Source: an uncultured Oscillospiraceae bacterium (lineage in GTDB: Bacteria > Bacillota > Clostridia > Peptostreptococcales > Anaerovoracaceae). From it: 64,000 nucleotides of DNA. The stretch is taken from NCBI GenBank assembly GCA_964369465.1, contig CAYJEX010000003.1, positions 21,063 to 85,062 on the forward strand, in the 5' to 3' direction. Positions within the stretch are counted from its first letter, which is position 1, and the number at the start of each line of letters is the position of its first letter. Below, piece by piece: positions 20,580 through 30,900 of this stretch. Both the position numbers and the translations under genes were made by a program. The notes beneath the pieces were generated by a model, which did no database searches, was not told where the DNA came from, and was given only the letters and a program-made list of their open reading frames with translations.

Positions 20580-21038
20580 TTACTTATTTTTGGAAATTAA
20601 GCCTTCTATTTCTGCAATAAAAGTATTGATATCTGTAAATTGTCTATAAACCGAAGCAAACCTAACATATGCTACTTGATCCAACTCTTTTAATTCATCC
20701 ATGATAAATTCGCCAATATAAGTACTACTTATTTCTTTTTCCATAGTATTACTTATACCTTTTTCTAATTTACTTACAATTTTTTCAATTTGTGATACTT
20801 TAACAGGTCTTTTTTCACAAGCTTTTATTATACCTTTCGTGATTTTGTCAGAGTCAAATATTTCTCTACTTCCATCTTTTTTCACTACCATAATTATTAT
20901 TGCTTCAATTTTTTCATACGTAGTAAATCTTTTTTGACATTTCTCACATTCTCGTCTTCTTCTTATGCTATATCCATCCTCTGTAGACCTAGAATCCAAA
21001 ACTCTGCTTCCTGGATTTTCACAATATGGGCATCTCAT
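20580..21038 (-). CDS. nrdR: transcriptional repressor NrdR
   Basis: The protein begins MRCPYCENPGSRVLDSR (zinc ribbon), continues with CEKCQKRFTT and carries an ATP-cone domain. The ATG at 21038 follows GGGAGGC. The 43-codon upstream extension in the track has no support. Confidence 0.93.
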   Translation of the reverse strand: MRCPYCENPGSRVLDSRSTEDGYSIRRRRECEKCQKRFTTYEKIEAIIIMVVKKDGSREIFDSDKITKGIIKACEKRPVKVSQIEKIVSKLEKGISNTMEKEISSTYIGEFIMDELKELDQVAYVRFASVYRQFTDINTFIAEIEGLISKNK

Positions 21039-21290
21039 ATATTGCCTCCCGTATAATACATTTAATAACTTAAATATATTATAATTCTTTTTTATGAAAT
21101 CGTATATATGTTTATTAAAAAAACTAAGTATTTTACAGAAAGAGTTTGGGAAATAATTTTTCTGCATTTATTTTAATTTTTTAGTTTATTATAATATAAT
21201 TTAATTATCTATTTATTTTTCAATATAAATAAATGGTCCCCGAAAGAAGCCATTTACTTATAAATCTTTTTTTCATTATTATTCAACTGT

Positions 21291-24200
21291 CTATAACTTT
21301 TCTATATATTTTTTTGTGAATTCATCTATTGGCATTGGTTTATCAAATAAATACCCTTGTCCTACTCTACAATTCATTTCTTTAAGCACTTCATATTGCT
21401 CTTCATTTTCAATTCCTTCAGCTACTGAAGTAAGGTTCTCCATTTCAGAACATAAGTTCAATACCATTTTTGTAAGAATTTTTGATTTAATATTTTCATT
21501 TATATCTTTAGTCAAGCTCATATCTATTTTGATTTCATCATAATCAGACAATTTTAGCGCCGCTAAGTTTGAATATCCACTTCCAAAGTCGTCTAAGGAT
21601 ATCGTAAATCCAGCTTTCGAAAGATTAGAAATAGTTTTTGAGAGAACTACATCACATGAAGCACTAATTGTCTCTGTAATCTCTATAATAATAGAAGATT
21701 TTTTTATGGAATATTTTTCACATAAATCGGTAAAAACATCAACTATACCTTCAACATTTATAGTCATTCTCGAACAATTTACTGAAATTGGTATTTCTTC
21801 TTTTAATCCCTTTTCTTCCCATTTTTTTAATGTTTTACAAACAGTTTCAAATACAAAAATGTCAATTTTTGAGATAATTCCTGCTTTTTCGTAAAAAGGT
21901 ATGAATTCTATAGGAGTTTGGATTTCACCATAAGCATTTTTTCTTCTCACTAATGCTTCTGCGCCATTACATTCTCTTTTTTCAATATTCACTTGTGGCT
22001 GCAAATATACAACAAACTTTCCGTCCATAATTTCTTTTTCCAAATTTTCCGAAAGTATTTGGTCATAATTTTTAAATTGTGGATTTTCTCCCTCTTTTTG
22101 TTCTTCGTGATAATTTTTATTCCAAGTAAATCCTACTGAAGCGTCAAATTCTTCTTCATCTATTTTACTCTTTAATAACTTTATGTTATCTTCAAAATTT
22201 TCTTCAGATATGTTCTTTTTAAGAACTACAAATTCGTCCCCAGCGACTCTATAGCAGTCTTCATCAAAAATTTCTTTCAAATGATTAGCTACTATTTTTA
22301 GTACTTTATCTCCCTCAGCCATTCCTTTGCTTTCATTTATGGTAGACAAATCAACATCTATATATGAGACTCCTAATGATTCAATGTCTTCATTACTTAT
22401 CTCATCTAAAGATTTTCTAAAGCTGTTGCGATTCTTAATTTCTGTAAGAGTATCATAATAACTCAAATCACTGAGTTCTTCTAACAATTCAGTTTCATCA
22501 AGAAAAGCCCCAATAAATTTTGATATTGATCGCAATAGGTAAATTTTATCGGTATTTATTTTAGGGTTGTCTGTTCCTATAAATCCAAGTGCCTTCCCTT
22601 CTCTGTCTCTAAGAGGAGCCGCAATTAAAGAAGTGATTCCTTGTGCTTCTAAAATTTGATACTCTTCTGAGTTTGTATCTACATCCTCATCCAAAGCATT
22701 AATATAAAATTCCTCTCCTTCTTCAAATTTCTCAAACCATCGTGCAGCTACTTCAAATGGTACTTTCTGTAAATTATCAATAAAAGGTTCTGCTCCCTCA
22801 TTACACCATTCATATGTATTGTTAAGATATTGGTTATCTTCAGTAATTTGAAAAATATAGCTCCTTTCTGCCTTATAAAATTTACCAACAATATCTAGAA
22901 TCTTACCTATTGCTATCTCAGGGCCTTCTCCCGAATGAAGCATATTTATACAAGTGAGAAGAAGTTTTTCTTCTTCAAGTTTCACTTTCATTTCAGATTC
23001 CAAAGATGTTAATTTTGTTACATCAGTTGCCATTTCTAGTCTAACAAGTTTTCCTTCCATAGGAATCAACTTGTCTTTTAATAAATATGTCTTTTCAAAT
23101 ATTGGATTATAAAATGTCCACTCATAGAAATCTTTATCCGTTAATATGGCATTAGTACAAAAATCGCAAGGTTCTTTTTTCCCTTGCAAAAGTTCATAAC
23201 ACAGTTTACCCTTCCATTCTTTTTCCTCAGGGTACCCCAAAAGGGCTAAGGCAGCTCTATTCAAATACAAAACTTCATATGTATCTATGTCTGAAATATA
23301 AACAACATCATCTGCACTATCTGTTATATAAGCAGATACTTTTCCATACTCAGTAAGCGCTTCCACTGTCCCTTCTAAATGCTCTCTTTGAGTTACTAGA
23401 GAAATTATTTTAGCAACATATTGCAAACTATTTATTTCTTTTTCTGTCCAGATCCTAACTTTAGTACAATCATCAAGCCCGATGAAAAATGGAATATAGT
23501 CGTCTTTTTTTACTTGTACATGTAAAAATGCTTTTATTTGCTGCTCTTCCATTAATTCATAAGCCGGATCTTGTTTTTTTATAGCTTGTAAGTTATTTGA
23601 ATAAATAACGCCTCCTTTTGCTGAAATAAATAAATTGTTTAAAATTTCATTTGATACATTCTGCAAGTTTTCTTTTTCTTTACTTATCCCGTCTTTGCAC
23701 CATTCAAAGGTGTTACTATATGTATTTCCATAATCAAAAGTTTCTAGAATAAAGCATCTATCGGCATTATACTTTTCACATATATACTTTAAAGAAGCAT
23801 CTATTGCCCTTTCTTCTCCATTATCACTATATATTATCTCAAATATTGAAGAAATTACATCATAGTCAAAATATGCTTCAGCCATTCTTTCGGCACTTTC
23901 AACTTTTGTCAAATTCAACATACTGCTATTAACTAAAGATTCATCATAAATTATGTGTATATTTTTTCCTTTATATTTTGCTTGATACAAGGCTTTATCG
24001 CTCGCTTTGTATAATTCTTCATATGTTAGTCCTGCCTCTGGATATTTTGCTATACCCATACTCACTGTAATAGAACATTCTCTATATTCTCTATGCGAAG
24101 AATATCTTTTATTTATAGTTTTTAAAATTCTTTCTGCTATTTCTTCTATGTCTTCTTTGTTTTTTAAATTTTTAGCAAAAATGACAAATTCATCTCCTCC

Positions 24201-25271
24201 TAGCCTGCCAAGCACATCATTTTCTGAAAATATTTCTCTTAGAATTTCTCCCATTTCTCTTAAAATCATATCTCCAAAAAAATGTCCTAAGTTGTCATTT
24301 ATTTTTTTGAAATCATCTATGTCAATGATAAACAATGCAAAAGACTCTTCTTTATTTTTAATTAATGTTTCGTTAATTATATGCTCTGAGTTCACCTTAT
24401 TATATGTTCCTGTAAGCAAATCAATTCTTGATCGTTCTTCAAACATTTTTTGTTCATGTACATCAAGACCTCTTCCAATCAGGAAAATTGGTTTTCCATT
24501 TTCATCATTTAGTGGCTCATATATTGTTCTATAATATCTATAATTTCCATCAACTTGAAGATATCTAATGTCTAATGGCTCATAAATTCCTTCTTTCATG
24601 TTTTTTACTAGCTTATAGTATAAATTTAGGTCGTCTTTATAAACAACATCTGCTAATGTATCATTGGTAAACTCTTGGGTTGATCCAGAAATGGCATTTT
24701 TTGTGTTAATATTTTTCCCAACAAATTGTACTTTATTTGATCTTAAATCAAAAATCCAAAACCATTCATTAGTTAATTCTTGTATTTTATTAATTAAAGT
24801 TTTGTTTGAAATTTTATCCAAAAAATAGTTCCCATACTGGTTTCCTTCTGACGCATCCATAAACTCTATTCTTAAATCTCTAAAAAATACTATAACCACT
24901 TTTTTATTAAAAGCTTCTATTTTATTTAAAATGATTTCTACAGGTATTTCTTCACTATTCAAATTATAGCTAAGCCAAGGAAATTTATGAATACCTTTTT
25001 CCAACGCAATATTAAAATGTTCTTTTGCTAATTTATTGCTTTTACCTCCATTTGGCTGATGCTCAGGGTAAAGATTATTGAGATTATTTTTGTATTCTTT
25101 TTCGGTACTTACGCCAAACAAATTTAGTAGTTGCTTGTTACAGGAAATTATTTCCATTTCCTCACTTATAAGCATCGCGCCCATAGGAAATTTTTCAACC
25201 AATTCATTGTAATTTATTGCTATTTCCGATTTTTTTTGTTCATTTGAATTGTATTCCTGTATGTTTTCCAT
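21291..25271 (-). CDS. composite c-di-GMP signalling protein: PAS-PAS-GGDEF-GAF-PAS-GAF-degenerate GGDEF-EAL
   Basis: It has an intact GGDEF (GRLGGDEFVIF), a second degenerate GGDEF (YRVAGDEFVVL) and EAL hallmarks (EALVRR, EITE, DDFGSGYSNL, KIDMS, EGIE, QGYLF). The ATG at 25271 follows AGGAG. Confidence 0.85.
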   Translation of the reverse strand: MENIQEYNSNEQKKSEIAINYNELVEKFPMGAMLISEEMEIISCNKQLLNLFGVSTEKEYKNNLNNLYPEHQPNGGKSNKLAKEHFNIALEKGIHKFPWLSYNLNSEEIPVEIILNKIEAFNKKVVIVFFRDLRIEFMDASEGNQYGNYFLDKISNKTLINKIQELTNEWFWIFDLRSNKVQFVGKNINTKNAISGSTQEFTNDTLADVVYKDDLNLYYKLVKNMKEGIYEPLDIRYLQVDGNYRYYRTIYEPLNDENGKPIFLIGRGLDVHEQKMFEERSRIDLLTGTYNKVNSEHIINETLIKNKEESFALFIIDIDDFKKINDNLGHFFGDMILREMGEILREIFSENDVLGRLGGDEFVIFAKNLKNKEDIEEIAERILKTINKRYSSHREYRECSITVSMGIAKYPEAGLTYEELYKASDKALYQAKYKGKNIHIIYDESLVNSSMLNLTKVESAERMAEAYFDYDVISSIFEIIYSDNGEERAIDASLKYICEKYNADRCFILETFDYGNTYSNTFEWCKDGISKEKENLQNVSNEILNNLFISAKGGVIYSNNLQAIKKQDPAYELMEEQQIKAFLHVQVKKDDYIPFFIGLDDCTKVRIWTEKEINSLQYVAKIISLVTQREHLEGTVEALTEYGKVSAYITDSADDVVYISDIDTYEVLYLNRAALALLGYPEEKEWKGKLCYELLQGKKEPCDFCTNAILTDKDFYEWTFYNPIFEKTYLLKDKLIPMEGKLVRLEMATDVTKLTSLESEMKVKLEEEKLLLTCINMLHSGEGPEIAIGKILDIVGKFYKAERSYIFQITEDNQYLNNTYEWCNEGAEPFIDNLQKVPFEVAARWFEKFEEGEEFYINALDEDVDTNSEEYQILEAQGITSLIAAPLRDREGKALGFIGTDNPKINTDKIYLLRSISKFIGAFLDETELLEELSDLSYYDTLTEIKNRNSFRKSLDEISNEDIESLGVSYIDVDLSTINESKGMAEGDKVLKIVANHLKEIFDEDCYRVAGDEFVVLKKNISEENFEDNIKLLKSKIDEEEFDASVGFTWNKNYHEEQKEGENPQFKNYDQILSENLEKEIMDGKFVVYLQPQVNIEKRECNGAEALVRRKNAYGEIQTPIEFIPFYEKAGIISKIDIFVFETVCKTLKKWEEKGLKEEIPISVNCSRMTINVEGIVDVFTDLCEKYSIKKSSIIIEITETISASCDVVLSKTISNLSKAGFTISLDDFGSGYSNLAALKLSDYDEIKIDMSLTKDINENIKSKILTKMVLNLCSEMENLTSVAEGIENEEQYEVLKEMNCRVGQGYLFDKPMPIDEFTKKYIEKL

Positions 25272-25316
25272 AAGTTTTCTCCTAAAATTTTTTAGCATTA
25301 TTCAATTGTAATAATT

Positions 25317-26534
25317 TTAGACTTCTTTTTTTCCTAATTCAATAACTCTATCTATAACTTTTTCAACATATAGTGAAAAGTATATTGAATCTTCTCCATA
25401 AAACTCTTCAAAAGATTTTCCGTTTGAAAATTGTTTGAATGATTCATCATCTAATCCTTGCTCTTCAAGTACAGAATCAATATAACTATTGTATTCCTCT
25501 TTTGTTACCTCTATTCCTTCTGCTTGAGCTATTCCATATATTATCAATTCATCTCTAACTGCTGTAATTGCATATTCATTTACTAGCTCATCAAATTGTG
25601 TCATGTCCATTTGTAATGCGTACGATATATAGTTCTCCAATTCCATATTTTGCATTTCTGCTTCATTTTTTATTTCGTTTACTATTTCATCCTCAATATA
25701 TTTTACTTGTTCTTCTGGATATTCAATTATCGTTGAGGTTTCCATTATAACACCCATCAAGCGTATTTGTTCATTATATTTTTCTTCTGCAATTTTTTCT
25801 TTTTCTAAAGAATCTTTTATACTTGCTCTATATTCTTCTACTGTGTCATACCCCATTTGCTTAGCAAAATCATCATCAAGCAATGGATGTTCATAAGCCG
25901 TTATTGAATTAATTACAACTTCAAATTCTACATCTTCTCCTGCAAGCTCCTCCGATTGATACTCATCTGGAAATGTAAGTTCTAGAACTACTCTATCTCC
26001 ATTTCTATATCCAATTAATCCTTCTTCAAATCCTGGAATAAATTGACCTGAACCAATTATTAGGGTTTGGTTAGATGCAGTTCCACCTTCAAATTGCACT
26101 CCATCTTTTGATCCACTATAATCAATATTTACAGTTGAACCGTCCTCTACAACATCTTGTGTAACTTGAATCTGATTTTCATCCAATGCTTTTGCAATTT
26201 CAAAATCAACATCTTCATCAGAAATTACAACTTCAACATAGTTAATTTTTAAATTTTTGTATTCACCAAGTTCAATATAATCACTTGTAGAATAATTCAC
26301 TCGGTTAAGTTCATTGTTAAACATTACGAAATATGTAACTATTCCAATTGCTAAAACTGCAACAACAAGAATAATTAAATCTCTTTTATTTCTTCTTCTT
26401 ACCTTTTTATCTTTATTATTAGCTTCATCATTTTCTTCTTGTATATTTGATTTTGATTTGTATTCTTTGTTCTTTTTTTTATCATCGCTTGTATTTTTTT
26501 CTTCTTTTTCCGTCATTTGCTCTTTTTCCTTCAT
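25317..26534 (-). CDS. membrane-anchored trigger-factor-like FKBP peptidyl-prolyl isomerase
   Basis: A Lys/Glu-rich tail and one TM helix (LIILVVAVLAIGIVTYFVMF) precede a TF-type PPIase (VNIDYSGSKDGVQFEGGTA...GSGQFIPGFEEGLIG...FPDEY...LAGEDVEFEV). A TF C-terminal arm domain follows. There is no ribosome-binding N domain. Confidence 0.75.
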   Translation of the reverse strand: MKEKEQMTEKEEKNTSDDKKKNKEYKSKSNIQEENDEANNKDKKVRRRNKRDLIILVVAVLAIGIVTYFVMFNNELNRVNYSTSDYIELGEYKNLKINYVEVVISDEDVDFEIAKALDENQIQVTQDVVEDGSTVNIDYSGSKDGVQFEGGTASNQTLIIGSGQFIPGFEEGLIGYRNGDRVVLELTFPDEYQSEELAGEDVEFEVVINSITAYEHPLLDDDFAKQMGYDTVEEYRASIKDSLEKEKIAEEKYNEQIRLMGVIMETSTIIEYPEEQVKYIEDEIVNEIKNEAEMQNMELENYISYALQMDMTQFDELVNEYAITAVRDELIIYGIAQAEGIEVTKEEYNSYIDSVLEEQGLDDESFKQFSNGKSFEEFYGEDSIYFSLYVEKVIDRVIELGKKEV

Positions 26535-26616
26535 ATTATTACCTTTCATTTACTTCAAATCAGAAAATCAAGTTTTCTTATTTAATATTTTATCATACTG
26601 ATATTCAAAAATCAAA

Positions 26617-26648
26617 AATACCTCATTCTATAATTAGAACGAGGTATT
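26617..26648 (-). terminator. terminator after rplT
   Basis: The stem is aatacctc (26617-26624) with gaggtatt (26641-26648). On the minus strand it is followed by UUUUUGAUUUUUG. Confidence 0.6.
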
Positions 26649-26655
26649 AAACACT

Positions 26656-27012
26656 TTATTTTAATGCCGATTTCGCTGTTTCACATAATTTTGAAAAAGC
26701 AGGAGCATCATACACTGCCATTTCAGAAAGCATTTTTCTATTTATTTCTACTCCAGCAGCTTTTAATCCATTCATAAGTCTGCTATATGAAATATCATTC
26801 ATTCTTGCTGCCGCATTAATTCTAGTAATCCACAGTTTTCTAAAATCTCTTTTTCTATTTTTTCTGCCAATATATGCTGACTTAAGAGATCTCATAACAG
26901 CTGGGTTTGCAGCTTTAAATACTTTACTTTTATTTCCGTAGAACCCTTTTGCTAATTTAATAATTTTTTTATGTCTTTTATGTGCATTTAATCCTTTTTT
27001 AACTCTTGCCAT
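26656..27012 (-). CDS. rplT: 50S ribosomal protein L20
   Basis: [17 protein letters not shown]... is unmistakable L20. Confidence 0.97.
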   Translation of the reverse strand: MARVKKGLNAHKRHKKIIKLAKGFYGNKSKVFKAANPAVMRSLKSAYIGRKNRKRDFRKLWITRINAAARMNDISYSRLMNGLKAAGVEINRKMLSEMAVYDAPAFSKLCETAKSALK

Positions 27013-27033
27013 TTTTCTTACCTCCTAATTTTA

Positions 27034-27234
27034 CTACTTACTTAAAACTGCTTTAATTCTTTTAAGGTCGGCTGAAGATAATGTAATTGATTTTCTAAGA
27101 CCTCTTTTTCTTTTAGCTGACTTTTTAGTAAGAATATGGCTTTTGTACGCCTTATTTCTCTTTATTTTTCCTGATCCTGTAATTTTAAATCTTTTGCATG
27201 CACCTCTGTGTGACTTCATTTTGTTTTTTGCCAT
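27034..27234 (-). CDS. rpmI: 50S ribosomal protein L35
   Basis: [26 protein letters not shown]. Confidence 0.97.
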   Translation of the reverse strand: MAKNKMKSHRGACKRFKITGSGKIKRNKAYKSHILTKKSAKRKRGLRKSITLSSADLKRIKAVLSK

Positions 27235-27269
27235 TACTTTTCCTCCTATATAAAATTTAGCTAATTGTT

Positions 27270-27779
27270 TTATTTTTTTGGTGTCAAGAACATGATTAAA
27301 CTTCGACCTTCCATTTTAGGCGATCTTTCAACATCTGCAATTTCATTCAACTCTTCTGCAAATTTGTTCATAACTTCAATCCCTCTATTTGTACAGTCTC
27401 TTTCCCTACCTCTAAATCTTAAAGTAACCTTTACTTTATCTCCATCCTTAAGAAACTTACCCGCAGTGTTTGCCTTTACTTGAATATCATGATCCTCAAT
27501 GAATGTACTTAATCTAATTTCTTTGACTTGAACCATTTTTTGTTTTTTCTTGGATTCTTTTTCTTTTTTTTGAATTTCATATCTATACTTCCCATAATCC
27601 AATATTTTGCATACTGGTGGACTTGCATTTGGTGATATGTTTATTAAATCCAATCCCTTCTCTTCTGCAAGAGCTAAGGCATCTTTTAATGTCATTATTC
27701 CAAGCTGTTCTCCATCATCACTTATTACTCTGAGTTCTTCAGATTTGATTTCATCATTAATTATATATTCTTTACTAAT
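27270..27779 (-). CDS. infC: translation initiation factor IF-3, ATT start codon
   Basis: IF-3 N and C domains are present ([35 protein letters not shown]). GGGAGG is followed by 8 nt and then an in-frame ATT at 27779-27777. The ATG-initiated extension in the track translates the leader terminator. Confidence 0.92.
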   Translation of the reverse strand: MSKEYIINDEIKSEELRVISDDGEQLGIMTLKDALALAEEKGLDLINISPNASPPVCKILDYGKYRYEIQKKEKESKKKQKMVQVKEIRLSTFIEDHDIQVKANTAGKFLKDGDKVKVTLRFRGRERDCTNRGIEVMNKFAEELNEIADVERSPKMEGRSLIMFLTPKK

Positions 27780-27952
27780 TGCTTTTTCCTCCCTGAAACA
27801 AAATAAAACAATGGCGAATTTCAAGAAATCCGCCATAAACATAGACTATAAAAGTTCATATTAACCATATTAGCTTAACTTATGGTGAGAAGCGGATATC
27901 TTCTACTTTTTTATTACAATATAATATTACCATGATACTATTTGTTTGTCAA
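27780..27952 (-). promoter_or_regulatory. infC operon promoter plus leader with an intrinsic attenuator (L20-leader-like)
   Basis: On the minus strand TTGACA (27952-27947) is followed by 17 nt and TAATAT (27929-27924). The leader hairpin GGCGGAUUUC-UU-GAAAUUCGCC (27834-27813) is followed by AUUGUUUUAUUUUGUUUC, just before the RBS. Confidence 0.65.
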
Positions 27953-27956
27953 TTAC

Positions 27957-30900
27957 TTAGTCATTATAAATCTTATAAATATTTTTTCCTGTTCGTTTTG
28001 CTAGATACAATGCATTATCAGCCTTATGATTAAGAGTTTGATATGTATCGCCATCCCTAGGGTAAATAGCCACTCCAGCACTTATAGATGTTTCTACAAA
28101 ATAATCTTCTGATGATTTAATGTTGTTTATGTTTTTTTGTATTCTATCTAATACACTTTTTATATTTTCCATATCATGTACATCATTAAAGAATAGTATA
28201 AATTCATCTCCACCTATTCGTCCAATAATATCTCCTGCTCTTAGACAGCTTTTTATAATGCTAACTACTTCTTGTAAATATACATCGCCCGCATTATGTC
28301 CATACTTATCATTGACTGCTTTAAAATTATCCACATCTACAATCACTAATGCATGAACTTTATCATTTTGATTTGATGAATTAATTATTTCTGATATCTT
28401 TTCTATAGCTGTTACCCGTGTATATGTTCGAGTTAGCGCATCCGTTTCTACTGCAGCTTGCAAACTATTTGTAAGAAAATAGCTCGTTTCTAAAGAATTA
28501 ATTAATGATTTTTGGTTTTTTCTTAAGGTTTTTACAGATAAAATGAAATATACACTTACAATTATTAACATACTCCCTACAAAAATATACATTATGTTAT
28601 TTATATCGCTTGCCATCTCAGAAACAATTTCATTTTGTATTATATTTACTATACACCAATTTGTATTTGGGATAGGAGTCATAACAGCAGATCTATCTTC
28701 ATTATTTATCGTATATTTTAATAAAACTGCTTCTCCCTCTTTCATGTCATTTTTTATTGATTCAATTGTATGCCCATTTGAAATGTCAAGAGAACCTATG
28801 AAAACATACATATCATCTCCTTTAAATAAATTATCACCATCTCCACTCACAACAATAGGCGTACCATCTATTTCACATATATGATAAAACGCTTCTCCTC
28901 CAAAACTTTTCAAATCTAATACTTTTCTAAATTCTTCCAACAAATAAGCACCATAAACTTCTCCTATCTTTTCACCATCTCTTTCAATAGAAGTTCTAAT
29001 TAATAAATACTCTTCTTTTGTATCATCATTTATAACTGGAGATAATATATCTATCGTACTTCCCTGTTCACTCGTCGTGCTATGATTGATTGTAACATTT
29101 TTAATAGAAATTGGCATAAGATTTCCATTTGTGTCTAGTAATGTCTCTTCATCAAATGAAATGAATATTTCATCAAACGAAGAGTTGTTTTTTAAATAAC
29201 TAAGATTTTCAATAATGTCATTATTGTTAACTGCACCGTTTGTAGCTGCCACAGATAATGTTGCTATCATATTTTCAGAAGCTTCCATATTTGAAGCTAT
29301 TTCATTTGCTGTTTCAACTCCTATTTCAATCAAAAAATTGTCTGATAATTCTTCTACTTTAGATTTTGTAAATGTTGTAAATGTAAGAATTACAACTATC
29401 ATTACTATAGCAACAATAGGAGCCATAATTAATATTCTTTTCATTTGTTTTTTTGCTATTTCATCTTGAACGAAAAGTTTTGTTCCAGCTTCTTCTTCTT
29501 TTTCATTTGCTTTTTTTTCTTCATTTTGAAGTGAAACAATTTCTAATTCTTCAAATGGCATAGGGGTAGAAAAGAAATAGCCTTGTGAGTATCTAATCCC
29601 CATTGAAAGAATTTGTTTTTGCATACTTGCTGTTTCAACAGACTCTGCAATGAGGTCTACATGCATTTTCTTACCTAAGTATTTTATGCTTTCAAGTATT
29701 TTAGAATATCTTGTATCTGTATCTAAAAGCGATGTAATAGAGCCATCAACTTTAATCAAATCCACATCCAAACTTCCAATTTCAACAAAGTTAGAATAAC
29801 CGGAACCAAAATCATCTATTGCTATTTTTGCCCCATAAGACTTCACCATTTTTATAAAGGATTCAACCTCTTTTTGAAAAGAATACTGTTCTGTTTCTAC
29901 TATCTCAAATATAAATCTCTCTGGAGATTCAACATTGCTCAGTTTCTCTTTAATCATAGTATTGAATTTTTTAGAATGAATATCAATTGCAGAAACATTC
30001 ATAGTTATTGATTCTTGCCTATCTTTAAATATGTCTAAAACTAACGAAATCATTTGATAGCTCAACTCAACATATATATTATATTTTTTTGAAATTTCCA
30101 TAAATTGAGAAGGTATTAGAATCTTGCCATCAGCAGTTTGCAGTCTCATCAATGCCTCGTAGCAAAAAAAGTTTCCTTTTTTATTATCATATATTCCTTG
30201 AAAATACGGTATGATCGTATTGCATTTTAAAATCTCATTAAGCTCCGCCACCATTCTAAATTCATTTTGAAGAGTGTCTGTATTTGCTGTGGAGTTATCG
30301 GAAATAAGGTATTTACCAGGATTATTTTTGTTTTTATCCGCAATTTCATATAGTTCATGGACTTGCGTTTCAGATATTGTAACAACAAACGTGTTTTTAT
30401 ATTCTTTTTCAGAGTTTTCAATTTTAATATTTCGACATTCTGTAAATAGTTTTTGAGTCAATTCAATGAAATCTGCTTCTTTAATATTCTTATTTGCTGT
30501 AAAGAAGAAATTCGTATCATCAAAACTATATAGTTTTATTTTTGAAGATGAATAGTTTTTTTCTAAAAATAATTTCACATTATTTATTGTTTCTTTTGCA
30601 GTATCGAAGGCGATAGTATATTTTTCTTCTTCAGAAATGCTATTTTGATATACAAAACATATTTTTTTACATTTTTCAACAGCTTGAGTTTTTAGAAAAT
30701 CTGTCATATTTTCTATTCCATAAATATTATCCGAAAGCATTTGCTGTTGTGTTTTATATTCTTGTTTTACTAAGTTTTCAAATATTTCACATGATTTTTC
30801 ATCAGTTATTTCTAATTGGCTTTTAATGAACGAAATATTATTGTTTTGTATCGTTGAAATCGAATCAAAAGCAGCCAGATTCAATTCTAGATAATTTTCT

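Noticed and set aside
21039-21167. A 43-codon N-terminal extension of nrdR in the ORF track. The same issue applies to abfD (48001-48120), infC (27780-27842) and DUF2974 (56894-56950).
   Set aside because: The family N-termini begin at internal starts that have proper Shine-Dalgarno sequences. The extensions run through promoters, terminators or leader hairpins and encode implausible peptides.
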